From positions 37,133 through 101,132 of IMG/VR virus record IMGVR_UViG_3300021600_000393: DNA of 64,000 bases, one strand, 5' to 3'. The position numbers were made by a program, and so were the translations under genes. Under the pieces are notes generated by a model. It was not told where the DNA came from and did not search any database. It saw only the letters and a program-made list of their open reading frames with translations. Each line of letters opens with the position of its first letter. Positions within the stretch are counted from its first letter, which is position 1. The DNA is from a virus. Its lineage: Duplodnaviria > Caudoviricetes. Of the stretch, positions 58,419 through 64,000 are shown in pieces.

Positions 58419-59170
58419 TGTTAGAAAATATAACAGTCACCGGAAATACTGAAAATGAGGTAAAGAAAAAAGGGAGAAAACCAACCCAAGTTAATTATTT
58501 TGATGTTAAAGAAGAGTTGGCAGTTGTTGCATTTATAAATGCTAAAACATACGAAGAAAAAAATAAAATATATAACGAATCTTTACTAAAACCTTTAGAT
58601 AAAATGATATCTTCAATTATAAGAAGATATAAACTATATAGAAGAGATATGAATTTTAATGAAATTCATACAGATACCCATTCATTTTTAATGACAAAAA
58701 TGGATAAGTTTAAACCGGCAAAAGAAAAAAAAGCATATTCTTATTTTGGTACTATCTGTAAAAATTATCTCATGGGGCAAATTATTAAAGACCAAAAAGA
58801 ATTTAATAGAAAAATATCTTACGAAGATATTTCATCTTCAATTGAAAATAATGAAAATTATTCTTATGAAATCGATTCTGATTTTTTTGATACCGAATCA
58901 ATTATTAAAACTTTTTTATTAGAATTAGAAAATTTTATGAAAACTGAAAATTTAAATCCTAATGAAAAAAAATTAGGTTTAGCTCTTTTTGATTTATTTG
59001 AAAATTACGAGTCTATTTTTATTGGTAGTGGAAATAATAAATTTAATAAAAACATTGTTTTATTATCTCTTAGAGAAATGACTAATTTAAACACAAAGGA
59101 AATTAGAAGTTCTATAAGAAAATTTAGAAATCTATATTTTGAATTAGTAACTAAACTTATAAAACAATAA
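58418..59170 (+). CDS. Phage sigma factor (T4 gp55-like late sigma candidate)
   Basis: Region-2-like KMDKFKPAKEKKAYSYFGTICKNYL; NYF near the N-terminus. Confidence 0.6.
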   Translation: MLENITVTGNTENEVKKKGRKPTQVNYFDVKEELAVVAFINAKTYEEKNKIYNESLLKPLDKMISSIIRRYKLYRRDMNFNEIHTDTHSFLMTKMDKFKPAKEKKAYSYFGTICKNYLMGQIIKDQKEFNRKISYEDISSSIENNENYSYEIDSDFFDTESIIKTFLLELENFMKTENLNPNEKKLGLALFDLFENYESIFIGSGNNKFNKNIVLLSLREMTNLNTKEIRSSIRKFRNLYFELVTKLIKQ

Positions 59171-59187
59171 TACAAATATTTATTGTT

Positions 59188-59559
59188 ATGGGAAGACCTC
59201 AAAAAAAAGAAATTAATTTAACTAAAGATTCAATACTATCTCTTATGCAAGAAATATACAATGAATTAGTTGAACAAAGAAATACTGCAATTAGAATACA
59301 AAATAAAATGTTATCGTTAATGAAAGATTCTGAAGATATGCAAACTATTGGACCTATAATTAAAGAACAACAAAAAATAGTTAACGATTGTGTTGAAAAA
59401 AAATTAACTCTTTCTAAATTGCAATCATCAATTTGGGAAAAATCGTCTAAATCAACAGAATCATTTTCTATTACCGATATGGATATGGATGATGTTTTAA
59501 TTAAAGATTTAATTGAAAAAGATTTAACAAACATAAATAAAACTTATAAAATGAAATAA
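59188..59559 (+). CDS. Coiled-coil hypothetical late protein
   Basis: Late motif 3 nt upstream of the ATG. Confidence 0.6.
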   Translation: MGRPQKKEINLTKDSILSLMQEIYNELVEQRNTAIRIQNKMLSLMKDSEDMQTIGPIIKEQQKIVNDCVEKKLTLSKLQSSIWEKSSKSTESFSITDMDMDDVLIKDLIEKDLTNINKTYKMK

Positions 59560-59565
59560 TTTAAC

Positions 59566-61545
59566 ATGGCAAAATCTAACGAATCTCTTGATTTAAAAGA
59601 TTCTTACCTAAAAGCTCAGAATGAAATTAACGCCGTTAAAACATATGTTGCATTAAAAGACCAATATAATGAAGCGGCTCGCTCTGTTGGAAATTCATTT
59701 GAAGAAGCCTCTTCAAAACTTGCTGAAAGTATTAATGGTTTTTCGGAAAAAACAAAAACCGTTAAACAAAACGTTAAAAACCAATTTGAAGAATTACTTG
59801 ATATTAATAAAATAACTGGCGGTTATGGTAATTCAACAAAATATATTACAAAATTATTAATAATTGCGTTAAAAAATATTAAACCAAAAATATTAGAAAT
59901 TTTAGTTGAAGAAATAATTAACATTACTGGTTGCGACCAAAACAAACAAATTGGAAGTTCTCAATCGACTCTTACTCCTCCACCAATTCCTTTCCCTGTT
60001 CCTCCTATATCAGTAGGATATGCGGGTCAAGTTATTTATATTAATGTTCAATCTGTGGATATTGGAGGAATATTAAAAATTAACCCAAAGTCAAAAGTTG
60101 GTGCTATTATTTATGAACCAATACCACTTGAAGTACAAAGTAATCCTTTTGCAATGAATAAGGAACTGTTTGAGTTAATTCAAACTGGAGAAGCTTATTC
60201 AACAACATATAATACAAAATACGTTGGAAGTTCAGGTCAACCGTTATTTGATATACAATATGTTACGTCAAATGATGTTGGAGACCAAGGAAAATTTTTT
60301 AAAATAACAATTATTAACCGTATAGGAATTGAGGGGTTACAAGGATTTATACGAGATTATTATTCAACAATTGAACCTTATGAATTTCAATCAGTCATTT
60401 CAAGAATTTTTGATTCTGTGTTAAATTGTATTAAAATTGAAGCTAATATTGGAGTATCACAAACTAAAGATATGAGTGCGTTTAGTTTACTTATAGCAAG
60501 AATATTTGGGTTATGTTCGGACAGTGATAATGAAATAAGTGTAAGCGGTATTTCAAAAGCCGGAGAATTAGATGGGCCTATTAATGATTCATTTTTTAAT
60601 TTATCTCCAATAGATTTAAGAAATATTGACCAGACAGTTAGTAATGTACAAAATAAAGTTGTTCAATTTGTAGATTGTGGTAACGTAAATATACCAGTTA
60701 ATTCCGCACAAATTATTGAAAATTTAACACAATTAAACTTTGTTGACGGTGACGCTTTAATAAAAAAAGCGGAAAATTTAAGTAATGTAATATCAAATGA
60801 CCCTCTATTAAAAGCCGTATCAGTTAATGCAAATATTAAGGCATCAATTGATACCGATTTTGTAAAACAAATGATTCAAGGATTAATTTCAGCATTATTT
60901 TCACCAAAAGTTATCTTAGGTTTAATCTTACCTTTAAAATTAGTAAATGTTGATATATCTTTTAAATCATATGTACAATTTATGAAAGACTTTAGTAAAT
61001 TTGTTGTTAAGGTTATAGGAAGAATTGGCGCGTTATTAGTTAAAGAAATTGTAGATGTAATTAAAAAAGATTTATTTAATCTTTTACAAGTCATAATTCG
61101 TGATTTAGCAAAAGAAAAAGCGGATAAAAGAATTATAATAGTTTTAAAATTAATTCTAGTATTAAATACTTTATCATCGTTTATTAGTGATTATAGAAAA
61201 TGTAAAAGTGTTATTGACGATATTCTTAAATTTATAAAGATAGCCTTAATGGGGACTCCATTTGACCTTCCATTACCATTATTATATGCTTGCGCGTTAT
61301 TACCAGGATTTTCCGCAACAAGAGCAAATATAAATGTAATTAAAGAATTACAAAAATTTGGGTTTAATACTGGAACATTACCAAGCGGTGCTCCAAATAA
61401 AGACTTGTTATCAAAACAGGCAGTTGTTAAAGGATATTCTGACGAATTTTCTGAAAATAATAAAGTTTCAATTGGACTTCCTCCAATACCTGTTGGTCTT
61501 GTTGTATCGTCACCAATGCCAGTCCCATTTGGAAAATGTTTTTAA
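59566..61545 (+). CDS. Large hypothetical structural protein
   Basis: Late operon upstream of the spike gene; Pro-rich segments and amphipathic helices. Confidence 0.55.
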   Translation: MAKSNESLDLKDSYLKAQNEINAVKTYVALKDQYNEAARSVGNSFEEASSKLAESINGFSEKTKTVKQNVKNQFEELLDINKITGGYGNSTKYITKLLIIALKNIKPKILEILVEEIINITGCDQNKQIGSSQSTLTPPPIPFPVPPISVGYAGQVIYINVQSVDIGGILKINPKSKVGAIIYEPIPLEVQSNPFAMNKELFELIQTGEAYSTTYNTKYVGSSGQPLFDIQYVTSNDVGDQGKFFKITIINRIGIEGLQGFIRDYYSTIEPYEFQSVISRIFDSVLNCIKIEANIGVSQTKDMSAFSLLIARIFGLCSDSDNEISVSGISKAGELDGPINDSFFNLSPIDLRNIDQTVSNVQNKVVQFVDCGNVNIPVNSAQIIENLTQLNFVDGDALIKKAENLSNVISNDPLLKAVSVNANIKASIDTDFVKQMIQGLISALFSPKVILGLILPLKLVNVDISFKSYVQFMKDFSKFVVKVIGRIGALLVKEIVDVIKKDLFNLLQVIIRDLAKEKADKRIIIVLKLILVLNTLSSFISDYRKCKSVIDDILKFIKIALMGTPFDLPLPLLYACALLPGFSATRANINVIKELQKFGFNTGTLPSGAPNKDLLSKQAVVKGYSDEFSENNKVSIGLPPIPVGLVVSSPMPVPFGKCF

Positions 61546-61550
61546 ATTAT

Positions 61551-61760
61551 ATGAAAGAAGAATCTAAAAAAGCGTTAGAAATTATTAAAAATTACAAATC
61601 TTCACCAAATAAAGATTTAATATTTGTTTTAGAAAAATTACAAGAAGATTTTAACCAAACAAAAAACGCGATAATAAAACTTACTCATCATTTAGATAAA
61701 GTAGAAATAACTTATAATTTAATATTAACTGAATATAAAAAAAGAACAAATACTGAATAA
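61551..61760 (+). CDS. Small coiled-coil hypothetical protein (start at MKEESKK)
   Basis: ATG 5 nt after the upstream stop; stop overlaps the next ATG. Confidence 0.55.
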   Translation: MKEESKKALEIIKNYKSSPNKDLIFVLEKLQEDFNQTKNAIIKLTHHLDKVEITYNLILTEYKKRTNTE

Positions 61761-63349
61761 TGAATATTTCCGAACTAAATCACCATCAAATTATATTTCA
61801 AGCAAGGATTGAAGACTCTGAAGACCCTGCAATGTTAGGTAGAGTTAGAGCTGTTTTAACATCAAATGAAGACCAATTCGCAATTACTAAAGGCGTAGAT
61901 TGGAATCCTGAAAAAGATAAATGGACAACTAAAGACCCTTTTATTTTTTTACCAATATTACCGTTTTTTTTATCTCAAACACCAAAAAAACATGAATTAA
62001 TAAACGTTATATTTCAAAATAAACAATCACCATTAGACAATAAATTTTATATTCAAGGACCATTTTCATCTCCATTACGTACAAATTTTGAAGAATCTAA
62101 CGGAGCTCAAGCATTATTAGCCTATGGTGATAGGATTAAAAAATCTCCAACTATTAGAAATCAAAATGGTAGTTATAACGTTGGAACTGAAGGAATTTAT
62201 GTAAAACCAGGAGATGTTGGAATTATGGGTAGAGGAACTTCTGATTTAATTTTTAAAGAAAATGAAGTAATTCTTAGAGCAGGTAAAATTAAATCAATTA
62301 ATGTTAAACCTCCATTAAAATTTCCAGAAATAAATAAAAATCGAGGGTTTTTACAATTGTCCTACTTTAATCAAAATAAAGTGTTAAAAGATACTAAAAC
62401 AAAAACTAACATAGTAGAAACTCCATTAAAAATAAAAAAAATAATAATTTGGAATATTTTAAATTTAGAAAATATTAATCCAAATGAAGATGGTACAATT
62501 GGATTATTTAATGGTAGCGTTGGTCTTTATAATTTAACCCCCTCAGAAAAAACAACAACTAAAACATTTGACCAGGACACAATTAATGATTTAGAAGTTG
62601 GCAAGGATTTTTCAGGTCCAATTGAAGAAATTAATTTTACCGAAAAAACTTTAAATGAAACTACTTTAATTATTAATGATTTTATGGATAGTTTATTTAC
62701 TAGGTCTGTAAAATTTAATGATTATCCGGTTAGAGACGTAAATAATTTTAAAGATGGGTTTCCATTTGCTATTACACCATCAAAAATAACTTATATGTCT
62801 GGGGCGTTTAATTATAGTCCAACGACCGCAGAACAAATATTTAAAAAAAGAAATTATAACGCCATATTTAATGAAATAAAAATTGATAATAATTTTAATG
62901 GTTTTTTTATTGTTTCGTCAAATAATAATAATGCCCCAGAATATGGTACACCATCCAGCCTTGAAAAAAATGACGTTAAGATATATGATTGGGAGGCAAC
63001 CCCAAAAAGTTATGGGGTTTTAGGGTCTCAAAAAATTTATTTATTATCTCAAGATTCTAAAAGTAGCAGAGGGTTTATTGATTTACAAAACACAATATAC
63101 GGTATTACTCAAGAAAATTTTTTAAATGGTGAAGATTCAATTGATTTAAAAACTTTTAGTACTGTAAGAGGTGAAGAATTAATGTCATTATTATCAAAAA
63201 TAGTTTCTTATTTAATTGGACATCTTCATAATCCTGTTGAAAAACCTGACACAGTTTCAACTGGAAATGGTGTTACAGTCGAAGAATTACAAAAAGCTAT
63301 TAATGCGGCAAATGAATTAATTCTTAATCAAAATATTAGGATTAACTAA
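61760..63349 (+). CDS. Baseplate central spike (gp5/VgrG/gpV-like OB fold)
   Basis: ARIEDSEDPAMLGRVRAV...LP..PKKHELINVIF...FYI; C-terminal VRGEEL..LL......HLH. Confidence 0.7.
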   Translation: MNISELNHHQIIFQARIEDSEDPAMLGRVRAVLTSNEDQFAITKGVDWNPEKDKWTTKDPFIFLPILPFFLSQTPKKHELINVIFQNKQSPLDNKFYIQGPFSSPLRTNFEESNGAQALLAYGDRIKKSPTIRNQNGSYNVGTEGIYVKPGDVGIMGRGTSDLIFKENEVILRAGKIKSINVKPPLKFPEINKNRGFLQLSYFNQNKVLKDTKTKTNIVETPLKIKKIIIWNILNLENINPNEDGTIGLFNGSVGLYNLTPSEKTTTKTFDQDTINDLEVGKDFSGPIEEINFTEKTLNETTLIINDFMDSLFTRSVKFNDYPVRDVNNFKDGFPFAITPSKITYMSGAFNYSPTTAEQIFKKRNYNAIFNEIKIDNNFNGFFIVSSNNNNAPEYGTPSSLEKNDVKIYDWEATPKSYGVLGSQKIYLLSQDSKSSRGFIDLQNTIYGITQENFLNGEDSIDLKTFSTVRGEELMSLLSKIVSYLIGHLHNPVEKPDTVSTGNGVTVEELQKAINAANELILNQNIRIN

Positions 63350-63368
63350 TATTTATTAAGAAAACAAA

Positions 63369-64000
63369 ATGTCAATTAATAATTCTTATTTTAATAAAAA
63401 TAACACACTTATTTCAAGGAGTTATACTAACACAGGTAGAAACCCTGTTACTGAAATTTTTTATGGTTCTTTACCAACGTCAGATTATCCAAATGGATAT
63501 AGTCGTTTTATCTTTAATTTAGATTTAGACTTATTAAAATCCAAAGTTCAAGATGGTACAATTTTTACTGGTAATACCTCAACAATTACGCATACTTTAC
63601 GGATGACAAACACCGTTGCATTTAATCCTGACACACTTAATACAACAACTTCACAAGCAAGACAAAGAGCAACATCTTTTGACTTAATTCTTTTTAGAAT
63701 ACCTAATGCTCAATATTGGGATGAAGGGGTTGGATATGATTTTGCTGATTTAAAATATAACTACGTAATCGATAAAAATTTTTCAAATAGACCCTCTAAT
63801 TGGTATCAAACAACCACACTTAGCGCTTGGACTGAAAATGGGATTTATAGTAACGATAATACTGGAACTATAAATTATAGTGGGTTAACAATTGTTGACA
63901 CTCAAACATTTGAATTTGGAAATGAAAATATATCGTTTGACATGTCAAATGAGATTGCGTCAATATTAAACGGTTCATTACCATTAATTTCAGGTTGGGG
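63369..64000 (+). CDS. Virion structural protein, truncated at the window end (DNRLRE-like)
   Basis: MSINNSYFNKNNTLISRSYTNTGRNPVTEIFYG...SRFIFNLDL...WDEGVGYD; late motif at 63349. Confidence 0.65.
   Translation, partial: MSINNSYFNKNNTLISRSYTNTGRNPVTEIFYGSLPTSDYPNGYSRFIFNLDLDLLKSKVQDGTIFTGNTSTITHTLRMTNTVAFNPDTLNTTTSQARQRATSFDLILFRIPNAQYWDEGVGYDFADLKYNYVIDKNFSNRPSNWYQTTTLSAWTENGIYSNDNTGTINYSGLTIVDTQTFEFGNENISFDMSNEIASILNGSLPLISGW

Noticed and set aside
1-64000. tRNA, rRNA, integrase or transposase genes
   Set aside because: Intergenic gaps are short and AT-rich, and I saw no cloverleaf or recombinase motifs by eye

Overview
Very AT-rich, gene-dense segment of a large, T4-superfamily-like contractile-tailed (jumbo myo-) phage read in the standard genetic code. 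It is not a cellular LPS locus. Content: (i) a tail/neck morphogenesis module with baseplate hub, LysM/gp53-like wedge, giant tube-initiator with an inserted OmpA-like domain, tape measure, frameshifted tail chaperone, tube, sheath, terminator, neck and spike; (ii) replication and transcription genes (family B DNA polymerase, SNF2 helicase, exonuclease, dUTPase, PhoH, gp55-like sigma); (iii) two large glycosylation/methylation clusters (31.9-39.1 kb and 44.2-58.4 kb) that include GT families best known from eukaryotic protein glycosylation (GT60, PLOD-type) plus GT10, GT6-like and GT25; (iv) unusual late-expressed enzymes (Mn/Fe-SOD fused to a nuclease-like domain, LCIB-type carbonic anhydrase). 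Most notable: the first gene of the large glycosylation operon is interrupted by an in-frame GGT-TAA-GGC right after a long GC-rich RNA hairpin, a candidate programmed ribosomal stop-hop; outer virion proteins are enriched in a [ST]-G-x-[ST] motif that may be a sequon for phage-encoded protein glycosylation; a conserved TATTTAT late-promoter motif precedes about 16 genes; and several enzymes share an N-terminal leader ending in L-[IV]-x-E, a possible capsid-targeting/cleavage tag. All family assignments come from motif recognition by eye, not from database searches.
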